Source: Craspedostauros australis (taxonomy: Eukaryota). From it: a stretch of 33,745 bases of DNA. The notes under the pieces are model-generated. The model searched no databases. It saw only the letters and a program-made list of their open reading frames with translations, and was not told the origin of the DNA. The translations under genes and the position numbers were made by a program. The stretch lies in contig JALAGF010002572.1 of the NCBI GenBank assembly GCA_030167865.1, forward strand, positions 1-33,745, read 5' to 3'. This document shows positions 23,186-33,112 of the stretch, in pieces; the first letter of the stretch is position 1; each line of letters begins with the position of its first letter.

Positions 23186-24977
23186 TTGGAACAGTCGAAC
23201 CCAGATCGACTGAGAGATGTATCATAACTTCGTCAATCTATCAGCTTCCTCGGGGAGGGAGGAGTTCTGCCGTGGCGGAGAATGGCATTGTGTTGAAGAG
23301 TAACGTTGCTCCGACCACGAGGAGGTGCTCCGCTATTACCTCAGCAAAGCGCAGCAGTGCACGCCCAAACGATCGAGGTTGGCCTTTCGGAGCCAACGGA
23401 GTTTGAGCGCACGTACTCGTATGTAGAATATCATCCTTTCTGATCGGGACCCGGATTATCCTACCGCAACGCTCCGCAACACTCTACTTGACATCAACCC
23501 CTCGCTGTTTGAGCTCTACGAACGTTGTCTCTGGAGTATGCATTTAGAATACTTGCTGATAGATCCAACACGCTTCATGCCACGATCATTCTCTGCACCA
23601 GCGGCGAACGAAACGGGCACGACATGTACTGCTACAACTACCACGCAATCTACGAGTACGTACGTGCCAGAGTGGAGCCGATTCTCCCCTGTCGCATTCT
23701 ACGCTTGCGATGGTTCTTCCTGTTTTGGCACTACATCTTCATGCTCTCGCACAGCGTGCTCGCTTCCATCACAACACATTCCATTTCTCCGGATTGCGTG
23801 AAATTGGCCAACGGCCCTTCGTCTATCCTCAATCCTCATAGACAGGCCAAGATCGTGTCTGAACCATTCGAACTCGACTCAATCGATCAAAATCTGATTT
23901 CATGACTCAGGTCAATCCATCGAATCGAATACAGAAACGGTTCTTTCCATGAAGAACTTGGTTAGTGCCAATGTCCGCAACAATGACCACAATTTCGTCG
24001 GAAACGACCGTTGGTTGTGTGTTTTGGCTTCTGCCAACACGCAAACAGCTGCTGAACAACCGTGACCATCGAAGCAGACATCCCTGCTGCCATGGTCACC
24101 CGAACAAAGACTCTGGCTGTCTCCTTCATTCCTCCCGACCCCATAAAATTGATCGAAGGCAACAACCAACGACAATCCGCACAACAAGGTGAGATCAACA
24201 GATTGCATTGAGGAGTCATCAACACCATCGATCGATCATGCGTGGGTGCATGGATGGATGGATGGAGCGATGACCGAGCAAGGCTGAAGATGACCATGAA
24301 CATCGGAGCGCGCAATGCCGAAAGCAAGATCAACTGTGGCAGTCGCTGAGCAGAAGCTGGCATCGCGGGTGATTGGACACCCATCACAATGATCTCGTGC
24401 GAAGCTTCGCATCGTCGCGTTGATTTTGGATATCACTTTCGCCGAAAAACCGTGTCCGACACTACTCGATGTGCTGCTGACCATGACGAGATGACCCATC
24501 TGCGCGTTGGTGCAGCGGCGTCCCGCCAAAGCAATTTGCACGCAGAGATGGATACAACGCTCTGCAAGGTTGCCCAATGCATTGTCGCCGGTCGACGATG
24601 ATCGCAGTTTCGGACTTGTCTCTGACCCATCGCCGTCCCGCCTCGCCTCGCTGGTCGATCTTTTCTCCGATACCACCTTCTTTCTTGCTCTTCCCTTTTC
24701 CCACCGGCAAAATAACCCGCCGAAACAACCATCGAAACACGCGCACACGAACGCACTCTCTGGATCTTGATCTCTGCCAACAACAAATCCAACAACCGAA
24801 CGACTCACGCGTCGATGGATCCATCGATCGATGAAACAATAACACGAACAAACATGCACAATGACTTTCCTGGATCGTCTTCGTCTTTCTCTCTTCTGAC
24901 ATGAAATATTGCAACAACGAACACAAACGAATCTATTGACCATCGACATCTCTTGTCAACAATCACAATGCGTAATC

Positions 24978-25035
24978 CACAACGGATAACATTCCATCGC
25001 AACATATCACAACGGATAACATTCCATCGCAACAT
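24978..25035 (+). repeat. 30-bp-period tandem duplication (28 bp identical) upstream of GME
   Basis: CACAACGGATAACATTCCATCGCAACAT at 24978-25005 and 25008-25035, followed by a (CAAA)n run just before the ATG. Confidence 0.95.
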
Positions 25036-25072
25036 CTGAGAGCACAGACAAACAAACAAACAAACAGACAAG

Positions 25073-26173
25073 ATGGTCAAGGAAATGAGCGAGTTCAACC
25101 TCCCCAAGGGAGAGGGAAAGAAGGCGTGCGTCGGAGGAGGTGCCGGATTCATCGGCTCCCACATCGCCAAGAGACTCAAAGAGAGTGGCTGGTACGTCAT
25201 CGTCGTCGACTGGAAGAAGAACGAGTTCATGAAGGAGGAGGAGTTCTGCGACGAGTTCATCCACGATGATCTCCGCAAGCTCGAGGTCGCCTGCAAGGCC
25301 TGCGAGGGATGCTCCCAGGTCTACAACCTCGCCGCCGATATGGGAGGTATGGGATTCATCGTCTCCAACGAGTCCGTCCTCGCCTTCAACAACACCGCCA
25401 TCTCCATGAACATGCTCGAGGGTGCCCGACGTAACGATGTCAAGGACTTCTTCTACGCCAGTTCCGCCTGCGTGTACAACGAGGCCAAGCAGGAGGACCC
25501 AAAGAACCCGGGCCTCATCGAGGCCGATGCCTGGCCAGCCCGCCCACAGGACATGTACGGACTGGAGAAGCTCTACGCCGAGGAGATGGCCCTCGCCTAC
25601 GGACGCGACTTCAAGATGAACATCCGCATCGCCCGATTCCACAACATCTACGGACCGCGCGGAACCTGGAAGGGAGGACGCGAGAAGGCACCAGCCGCCT
25701 TCTGCCGCAAGGCCATCACATCCAACGACCACTTCGAGATGTGGGGAGACGGCAAGCAGACACGATCCTTCACCTTCATCGATGACTGCGTCGAGGGTGT
25801 CCTCCGACTCATGTTCTCCAAGTGCGACGTCCCAATCAACCTCGGCTCCATCGAGATGGTCGACATGATCGAGTTCGCCAACATCGCCATGTCCTTCGAG
25901 GAGAAGAACCTTCCAATCAAGCACATCGACGGACCAATGGGTGTGCGTGGACGCAACTCCAACAACAAGCTCATCTACGAGAAGCTCGGATGGGAGCCAA
26001 CCATCGCCATCAAGGACGGCCTCAAGAAGACTTACTTCTGGATCAAGGAGCAGATCGACAACGAGGGCGGGGACGCTGCCGCCTACTCGAAGTCCGAGAT
26101 CGTCCAGCAGGTGGATGACACTCTGATGCAGCTCGGAAAGGACAAGAGCACAGCCGTCACGGAGACCAAATAA
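25073..26173 (+). CDS. GME: GDP-mannose 3',5'-epimerase (extended SDR family)
   Basis: GGGAGFIG Rossmann motif, NLAADMGGMGFI, YASSACVY, DAWPARPQD, YGLEK (YxxxK), RFHNIYGP, GGREKAPAAFCRK, WGDGKQTRSFTFIDDCVEG and GVRGRNS. Third codon positions are strongly C/G-biased. Confidence 0.97.
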   Translation: MVKEMSEFNLPKGEGKKACVGGGAGFIGSHIAKRLKESGWYVIVVDWKKNEFMKEEEFCDEFIHDDLRKLEVACKACEGCSQVYNLAADMGGMGFIVSNESVLAFNNTAISMNMLEGARRNDVKDFFYASSACVYNEAKQEDPKNPGLIEADAWPARPQDMYGLEKLYAEEMALAYGRDFKMNIRIARFHNIYGPRGTWKGGREKAPAAFCRKAITSNDHFEMWGDGKQTRSFTFIDDCVEGVLRLMFSKCDVPINLGSIEMVDMIEFANIAMSFEEKNLPIKHIDGPMGVRGRNSNNKLIYEKLGWEPTIAIKDGLKKTYFWIKEQIDNEGGDAAAYSKSEIVQQVDDTLMQLGKDKSTAVTETK

Positions 26174-26272
26174 ATTTGTTCAAAGATGTTACTCCATACT
26201 TACTCATTTATTATATGATCTTCTTCAAGCATCCGTTTCCTGTTTCTCGTTTACTTTCGCCGTGGTCGTCTC

Positions 26273-29200
26273 CTACGCTTCTTGTTGTTGCTGCTGCGGC
26301 TTCTTTGCTTGCATTTCCTTCTTCCGCTGTTGCTTTTGCTGCTGTTGCTGCTTCTTCTTTTTCCACCACTCCTGGTTCTTCTTCTTCTTTGCCTCGCTTA
26401 TGTTCTTCTTTTTCTTGCCCTGACCTTGGGCGTCGGCTTGGTTTGCATCAGGTGCCTTCTTCTTGTTCTTTTTCTTGCCCTGATCTTGGGCATCAGCTTG
26501 GCTGGCACCATGTGCGGCTATGGATCGAGACTTGTGGATTTCTTTCTTCATGATGGCTATCATCTTGGGAGGGGACATGTCGTACCAGTGAGTGACTTGC
26601 CCCTTCACATGGGCTTCAGCAAAGTATTGCTCCAACCAAAAGGCGGCCTCCATCTTGATGGCAGTTTCCAAACTGGAAAACACCAAGCCTTCGAATTTTC
26701 CGGGAATGTACAACCACAGTAGCTGTTCAATCTTCTCCCTCGTTGATGACGGCACACACTCTAATGCGTGGCTGGGATCTGCTGGACGTGCTCGGTTGAG
26801 CTTGATCCATTTTGGGAGCTTGTTCTTGCCGCGCCCGGCGACCGCTCTGGTTGGATTGATTGGATTGTGGAATCTGGCATGGTACCATTTGGTCCCGGCG
26901 CCCTCCTTGTCTTTGTGATGACCAGTGAAGATCACCCAGCTCTTGGAATGTTCCACGTCCAAGTATCGCTGCTCGAAGGTTTGATTGGCCATCCTTGGCT
27001 GAGACGATTCCAGCTCCATCCCGCCGGTGCTGAGGTTGAAGTAGCACCGCGTCACCATCGACAGGATGTTGGTGGAAACCAAATCATCGGCACGGACAGC
27101 TTCGCCAGGTGGCAGGTCGGTGACGAACAGACGGTCTGGATTGGGAAGGATGGAGGAATCGAACTTCTTCAGCACTGTTGGCGAGCCATCTTGATCGTTG
27201 GTCGCCTTCTTTGGCGTCTTGGCGGCTGCCTGCTTGGTGTCATCCTTGTTGTTGCCAGAGTTATTGCTCTCCTTCTTGGTACTCTCTATATTGTTGTTTG
27301 GAGTATTGCCGTCAGCGTTACCGTTCTTGGCAACATCGGAGTTGCTGCTGTCGGCGTTGCTGCCGACGCTGCTAGTCGCTGCTCCAATCTTGTTGGTAGG
27401 AGCCATGCTCTGCTTGATGGAATGACTGAGTGTCTGCTTGTTTTCCGACCATCTGCTGGCGGTGTTGGCGCTGCTTGTGTTGGGACTACTGCTGGCGCTG
27501 GCATGTTTCGTCTCAGCAGGCTGAGTAGCGTAGGGGCTGCTTCTTTCGTTGGCGTTGCGGACACCGGTGGCACGCATCCTCTTGTATTCGCCTTGCCATT
27601 GCTTCAGATTGGTGGGTGTCAACGACGTGGTTGACATATCATCCCATGGCTGAATGTGATATCCATCCACCATGTCAAAGATCGCACATAATGCCTCGAC
27701 CTTGTCGGGGAAGCACACGAGGTCCTCGTTCATGTTCATGCAGGATCTGTTGAACGCTGTTGCCATGGCGATGCGCTGCAACGGATCCAGGTTGGCCATG
27801 TCAGATGAAGGCGCATTTCCGAGCCACTGCAACGCACATGCAATCTTCGCTTCGTCTTTCGCATCAGGATCGAGATGATTGCCATCTCCATCACTCTGGC
27901 TTTCGTCAGAGCTACAGTCGTAGCCGTAGCCATGATCGAGATTGCTGTAGGTGATGGGAGCTGGGACGTTCAACTCCCGTTCGACGCCGAATGTCATCGT
28001 GGCCAACAGCGGGAAGAGCTTGCCAGGCGGTAAGACCGTGATGCACTCCGCGCTTTGACGTCCACCGCGGAGTTCCAACGAAGTTGCACAGCACCCGTAC
28101 AGCATCTGCGATCCATGGAACGAAGAAGCAGGAATGGAGTTTGGTGTAATGAGCACGTCTTCCTTGTTGTCCACGCGTCTCCATCGTTCCCGAAGGTCTG
28201 TTTTGCTTTTGTCGGGGATGATCTTGTGTGATTCAGCCATACTGTCATCGCCACCACCGCCGCCACCGTTGGGACCACTGCCTCTGTACCTGCCGTTCTG
28301 ACCACTGCCATGCTTTTGATCCTTGCTCGGAGGCATAATCTCGATGCGATGTCTTGGATTGCCACTTCTGCGATCAGATGCGAGAACGGACAGCAACCTT
28401 GCGCCTTCGGGCAGCTGCTTCAACAGAGGGCGTCTCCAGCTGGATGCCTCGATGTCGTAGCACGTGGCTTGCATGTTCTTGTCCTTGGAGGTGTACTCGA
28501 TCGGCTTCACTGGCACATCCTCGAACACGATGCTCATCTGCGCCTGCCTCGATTGCCTGTGTTTGCTTGTGAAGGCCGCGGTTTGGAGTATATCGATGAA
28601 ATCGATATTTTGGATTTCGGACACGACACCTTGGAGAGAGATGCGGAAGGGGTGATTCTTGCTATCTTTCGCCTTCTTCTTTGCGTTTTGAGATGCTGGG
28701 TCGAAACTCCATGTCAAAGACGCTTCGGTGGCATGATTGGCGAGGAAGTCTCGCAGCAGTGCAGTCGCGAACAGCAAGTCCACTTCGTCATCACTGTCAT
28801 AATCGTGCATGTAGAGGCCCTCGGGCTCTTTGCATGTGATCTTTGTGATGATCCGAGTGGAAGTCCTGTCCCCATCCTTCGCCTTCGATTCTTCATCGAA
28901 TTCCTGGACGTTCCACTTTCCGCACTTGCGTTCTCCAACTCCTCGCACTTTACCTTGATTCTGCGTTGCGTGCAAGGTTGAGGTTTTGAAGCCCAACGTG
29001 GCATCGTTCAGTTTAGACTCAAAGTCCTCGAGAAAGCGCTTGTACGCCTCATCTTGTCCAGGTGCGGAGCATCTGTACAAGTATACAGCGGATGGCGCCA
29101 AGACAAAGACGGTCTGGATGTTACATTCCAGCGCGTAGCTGAGGATGCGCGCTTCGAACGTCGGCCAAAACCCAGACCTCATCTGGTTGGATGAGATACT

Positions 29201-32200
29201 GCCATTTTGCGTGACGTTGCCGTCCCTGCGCAGTTTGAAGGGATGGCGTTTCGACAATACTTTGCTCATCAGCTCGTTATTGATGACGTCTCCACGAAGG
29301 GTGAACGTGACGGTGCCATCAGTCTGGGGCTTGAGGTCGGTCGTTGGGCACTCGATCATGGTCTCGGCGAAGACCCAGGCCTGCAGCACGCGCAGGAGCG
29401 TGATCTTGGCGTGCGGCATGAGCACGGGTGGCGCCTGCAGCTGGAGTCGTTCCTCATTGATACCCAGGAAGTTGGCAGTGCGTTTCACCAAGCTCGAATG
29501 GGTCGCGGCAAGCTGCTTCATACGCTGCGCCTGCACCGAGAACGTGTTGCACCAGGCGTGCTTGTTGCGTGCCATGTTGAAGTCCCACATGAGGTTCATC
29601 AATCCGAACGGATCCGAACAAAGGTTGGCATCGAAGTGGGATTTGGCGACGTACGACTTCATGGTGATATGGTTGAAATCGTCCGGTTCCATGTAGAGCG
29701 CGTTGGCCATGCGGAAGGGTGTTTTGACGCCGGACATGGCGGCGACCATCGCGACGGCCTCCGCCGCGACACCAAATTGAATACCCAGCCCGATCAACGA
29801 TCCGAGGGAGAGATCGACGCCGGCATGCGAGACGAACATGCCGAGTCTCGTGATTTCGGCATCGTCGTTCGGTTCGGTCAAAAAGTCCCACTTGTGCAAG
29901 CTCTGGAAGGATCGTTCGATGGTCCCGATGTCGGGCGGTTCTATGCAACCTTGCAGGACTGGCGTGATCTCTTCCTGCAGCATCTCCTTCAGCATGAGGA
30001 TGACGGAATCCAATGGAATTCGGACCATCTCGCCTGCCTCGAATGCATCAAAGTACTGTTCGAATGCCTTTCTGGTGTAAAGGCGATAGACGTTGCCCGG
30101 CCGCACGCGCCCGGTGCGTCCCGCACGCTGCGTGGCACTGGCCTTTGAGATCCAACATGATGTGAGCATCTGGCGATGGCTGTTGGCATTGTACACAATC
30201 TGCTTGCACAGTCCCAGGCAGATGACGTGGTCGACGTCGGGGAGCGTGACGGAGGATTCGGCCGCATTGGTCGCAATGACGATCTTGACTTCCTTCTTGT
30301 TCTCTGGTGCCTTGAAGGCCAGCATCTGATCCTCGAAGGGGATGTCGGAATGGATGGGGTAGCACACGAAGTCGCGTCCCGTGATGTGCAGATCCTCGAT
30401 CTCCTCCGTGATGGCGACGATGTCTCCCATGCCCGGCACGAAAATGAGGACGGAAGAACCTGGCTTGCCCACGATGGCAGCGAGTTGGGCCGCCAAGACG
30501 TATCGGCGCGTCATGCCCTGGGCGTTGGGAGGGTTTTTGCATTTCTGCTTCTCGCACTCCTGTACGATGGTGTCGGTGGCCTTCTTGGATGCGTTCGTCA
30601 AGCCGCCGATGCGCGCAATATCCTCGATGAAGTGCTCCTTGATGGGATGACGACGCACGCCGACATGGATGGGCGGGTTGGCAATATTGAAGTACTCCTG
30701 GTACATGGAGGCCGCGATGGTGGCGGACATGAGGACGAGACGGATGGTCTTGTTCGTCGTCATGAGACGACGGCACAAGAGACAGAGGATGTCCGTATCG
30801 ACCGATCGCTCATGCACCTCGTCGATGATGAGATGGGAGCAGTCTTTGAACTTCTCGGGATGATTGGCCAGAAGACGCGTGAGGTATCCCGTCGTGACGA
30901 ACCACGCGCGCGTCTTCTTGGTTTCGTACTCACGGACGCCATGCCCCATGCGCAACGCAAAGGCGTCCTTGAATTCCGGCTCGCAGTCGCGCACGCGCTC
31001 GACGAGGGATTTGGCCGCGATACGGCGTGGTTGCGATATGAAGAGCTTAATGTTGGGCAGATCGGCATCTGGCGGTGGCGCACGCAGCAGCATGATGGGC
31101 AGGCGGCTAGATTTGCCACATCCCGTCTCGCCATGGATGATAGTGATACGGTTGTCGCGGATGTGATCCACGATCTCTGTCTCGTGGGCATCGATGGGCA
31201 GGACGAAGCTTTTCTTCTCCCCGGCGGCTGGCGTTGGTTCTTCTTGCTCTTCCTCCTCATACTCTTCCTCCTCGAATTGCGTCTGAATTGCTGCCGCTGC
31301 CGCTTCTTCCTTTCTGAGTCGCAGCTGCACCATGGCCGCGAAGAAGGCATTGTGATCAAAGATGGTGTGCGGCGGCGACACGACGGCCAGGACGGCATTC
31401 TGTCGCAGCCTGGTGGCTGCCATGATGCAGGATTCAATGAGACACGCGGCCTGCAGGTCCTCCACTGCGGGCGGGGTATTGAGGTCGCCGGGACTCTTGT
31501 CTTGCTGCTGAAACACCTTGAGATGGCCTTGCGTGATGAGAGCCGGGCGACCATGATGTCCATCGATGTTGTTGTCGATGTAGGATTGCAGGGCTCGGAC
31601 GATCGGCGCAATCAAGGATGCGTCGGAGGCTTCGGCCGCCAGGAGATCGCCGGGAAAGTTGGGCGGAAATCCGACATGGATTCCATCATGTTCCATATCG
31701 TCATCGAGGCTGTTATCATCATCATCATCATCATCATCAAGAGTATTGCCTTCAACAGACTCAATTGGAAACTCGGACAGATCGTGCAGGTCGTACCACG
31801 CCTCAACGAAGCGCATGGCGGCGAGGAGCTCGTCGCTGCCGCTCAAGGCGATCATGGGACGCACGGAAAAGGAGGACTCTTGCTGTTGCAAGAAGTCAAT
31901 AGGACTGGCGTAGTCCTTCTTGGAAAATACTTTGTCTCGCAGACCGTCCATGTAGTCGTTTCCCGCGAGGTATGCCAAGTCGATCATGTGGTGCTCGTCG
32001 GAGAGCTGCAGGACCTCCGTGGCGAGGATGGAACGTTCGAAGACGCAGGCGGAGATCTGGCGGCGCGGTTTGTTGTTGTTGTTGTTGTTGGATGCGGGCG
32101 CACTGCCACCAAAGAAACCAAAGCCACCCCTGGTCTCGGTTGTGGCGGAGGCGGCCGTTGGCATGGGCATGAAGGGCGTGACGGCGATGGTATCCATGGG

Positions 32201-33112
32201 AACGTACTGAATTCCCTTGAAGAAGAAGAAATCCGAATCCTGCCCCACGACGTAGGCCGTGGGATCGTTGTGCGCCATCTGCGCGAGATACAGATCGGCC
32301 TCCTCTTCCGACACGACCTGCTCCACCCTGGACTGGCGCAACGCATGGCGCACCTGCGTCGTCGTCATGCGCGCTCGCGGCAACTCTGACTTCCAGCACG
32401 CGCAGAGGCACGTCGTCGTCTTGGCGGCCTTGGGCACGGCGCCGTGCTGGCAGTAATGATGCAACGCAGACCATTCGTCGTCGATGTACGTTTTGCGCTT
32501 GTCCATCGTGGCATCCTTCTGCGGCCGCCGCAACGGTCCGTCCCACACGACCTTGACGGTGATGCCGCATTGCTGCACGAGGATGTCAGCGAACTCCCGC
32601 ACGACGTCGTCGACGATGTGCATGGGCAGCATGGGCGGCAGCAGCCGGTTGATCTGGGCCGTCGTCATGTGCTTGAGCGCCTTCGTCGTGAGGCAGCTGC
32701 CGTCGCTGACGATCCTGCCCAGCTTGGGGTCGTCCTTCAGCACCTGCTGCACGTAACGGGCGTACGCGACGGCCTCCAGGTAGAACGAGAGGCCGTTGCC
32801 GTCGATCCAGAACGTGGATCCCGGCGGGATGCTTCGTTCGCTGGGCAGCGCGTCTGTTGCGGCTGCGTCTGTTGCTGCTTCAGCGGTGGACTCTGCGGGA
32901 GCTTGCGCAGGAATGGGCTTCATGAAACTCAGCAGCATCTGACCGAAGCCGGTGCCTTTGGCGTCAGCATGCGCATGATCAGGCGATGGTGACGAGGATG
33001 GGTTCGAGGACGCCTTGGAGCGGAAGATGTCCGTCGAACAGCCACAATTCGTGGAGGTGCTGTGCAGCCACCCGCTGAGCTTCAGCAATCCTGTGATGCC
33101 GCGGACGCCCAT
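26273..33112 (-). CDS. Fusion protein: N-terminal FEN1/XPG/Asteroid-like PIN 5' nuclease domain, DEAH/RHA-family RNA helicase (RecA1, RecA2, HA2-like) and a long uncharacterised C-terminus (2279 aa)
   Basis: One uninterrupted ORF. Nuclease motifs: MGVRGI, IDGNG, VWDG, KxxxxxxR, EEAD, DSDF and LAGNDY. Helicase motifs: LPI, GETGCGKS (31132-31109), SQPRRIAA, TTGYL, DEVHER (DEVH at 30823-30812), MSAT, LIFVPG, HS, ATNAAESSVTLPDV and QRAGRTGR. Confidence 0.92.
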   Translation of the reverse strand: MGVRGITGLLKLSGWLHSTSTNCGCSTDIFRSKASSNPSSSPSPDHAHADAKGTGFGQMLLSFMKPIPAQAPAESTAEAATDAAATDALPSERSIPPGSTFWIDGNGLSFYLEAVAYARYVQQVLKDDPKLGRIVSDGSCLTTKALKHMTTAQINRLLPPMLPMHIVDDVVREFADILVQQCGITVKVVWDGPLRRPQKDATMDKRKTYIDDEWSALHHYCQHGAVPKAAKTTTCLCACWKSELPRARMTTTQVRHALRQSRVEQVVSEEEADLYLAQMAHNDPTAYVVGQDSDFFFFKGIQYVPMDTIAVTPFMPMPTAASATTETRGGFGFFGGSAPASNNNNNNKPRRQISACVFERSILATEVLQLSDEHHMIDLAYLAGNDYMDGLRDKVFSKKDYASPIDFLQQQESSFSVRPMIALSGSDELLAAMRFVEAWYDLHDLSEFPIESVEGNTLDDDDDDDDNSLDDDMEHDGIHVGFPPNFPGDLLAAEASDASLIAPIVRALQSYIDNNIDGHHGRPALITQGHLKVFQQQDKSPGDLNTPPAVEDLQAACLIESCIMAATRLRQNAVLAVVSPPHTIFDHNAFFAAMVQLRLRKEEAAAAAIQTQFEEEEYEEEEQEEPTPAAGEKKSFVLPIDAHETEIVDHIRDNRITIIHGETGCGKSSRLPIMLLRAPPPDADLPNIKLFISQPRRIAAKSLVERVRDCEPEFKDAFALRMGHGVREYETKKTRAWFVTTGYLTRLLANHPEKFKDCSHLIIDEVHERSVDTDILCLLCRRLMTTNKTIRLVLMSATIAASMYQEYFNIANPPIHVGVRRHPIKEHFIEDIARIGGLTNASKKATDTIVQECEKQKCKNPPNAQGMTRRYVLAAQLAAIVGKPGSSVLIFVPGMGDIVAITEEIEDLHITGRDFVCYPIHSDIPFEDQMLAFKAPENKKEVKIVIATNAAESSVTLPDVDHVICLGLCKQIVYNANSHRQMLTSCWISKASATQRAGRTGRVRPGNVYRLYTRKAFEQYFDAFEAGEMVRIPLDSVILMLKEMLQEEITPVLQGCIEPPDIGTIERSFQSLHKWDFLTEPNDDAEITRLGMFVSHAGVDLSLGSLIGLGIQFGVAAEAVAMVAAMSGVKTPFRMANALYMEPDDFNHITMKSYVAKSHFDANLCSDPFGLMNLMWDFNMARNKHAWCNTFSVQAQRMKQLAATHSSLVKRTANFLGINEERLQLQAPPVLMPHAKITLLRVLQAWVFAETMIECPTTDLKPQTDGTVTFTLRGDVINNELMSKVLSKRHPFKLRRDGNVTQNGSISSNQMRSGFWPTFEARILSYALECNIQTVFVLAPSAVYLYRCSAPGQDEAYKRFLEDFESKLNDATLGFKTSTLHATQNQGKVRGVGERKCGKWNVQEFDEESKAKDGDRTSTRIITKITCKEPEGLYMHDYDSDDEVDLLFATALLRDFLANHATEASLTWSFDPASQNAKKKAKDSKNHPFRISLQGVVSEIQNIDFIDILQTAAFTSKHRQSRQAQMSIVFEDVPVKPIEYTSKDKNMQATCYDIEASSWRRPLLKQLPEGARLLSVLASDRRSGNPRHRIEIMPPSKDQKHGSGQNGRYRGSGPNGGGGGGDDSMAESHKIIPDKSKTDLRERWRRVDNKEDVLITPNSIPASSFHGSQMLYGCCATSLELRGGRQSAECITVLPPGKLFPLLATMTFGVERELNVPAPITYSNLDHGYGYDCSSDESQSDGDGNHLDPDAKDEAKIACALQWLGNAPSSDMANLDPLQRIAMATAFNRSCMNMNEDLVCFPDKVEALCAIFDMVDGYHIQPWDDMSTTSLTPTNLKQWQGEYKRMRATGVRNANERSSPYATQPAETKHASASSSPNTSSANTASRWSENKQTLSHSIKQSMAPTNKIGAATSSVGSNADSSNSDVAKNGNADGNTPNNNIESTKKESNNSGNNKDDTKQAAAKTPKKATNDQDGSPTVLKKFDSSILPNPDRLFVTDLPPGEAVRADDLVSTNILSMVTRCYFNLSTGGMELESSQPRMANQTFEQRYLDVEHSKSWVIFTGHHKDKEGAGTKWYHARFHNPINPTRAVAGRGKNKLPKWIKLNRARPADPSHALECVPSSTREKIEQLLWLYIPGKFEGLVFSSLETAIKMEAAFWLEQYFAEAHVKGQVTHWYDMSPPKMIAIMKKEIHKSRSIAAHGASQADAQDQGKKKNKKKAPDANQADAQGQGKKKKNISEAKKKKNQEWWKKKKQQQQQKQQRKKEMQAKKPQQQQQEA
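26405..26515 (-). repeat. Imperfect 60-bp coding tandem duplication in the Lys/Gln-rich tail of the nuclease-helicase
   Basis: Encodes AHGASQADAQDQGKKK(NKKK) and APDANQADAQGQGKKK. Confidence 0.85.

Noticed and set aside
25007-25924. 305-aa - strand ORF
   Set aside because: Antisense shadow of GME.
31714-31739. (GAT)n run, with similar (AAC)n and (GGT)n runs elsewhere
   Set aside because: Ordinary coding microsatellites giving poly-Asp, poly-Asn and poly-Gly linkers.
30176-32389. 737-aa + strand ORF (also 29207-30148, 26768-27634 and similar)
   Set aside because: Antisense shadow of the motif-rich nuclease-helicase gene, produced by codon bias; no recognisable motifs.
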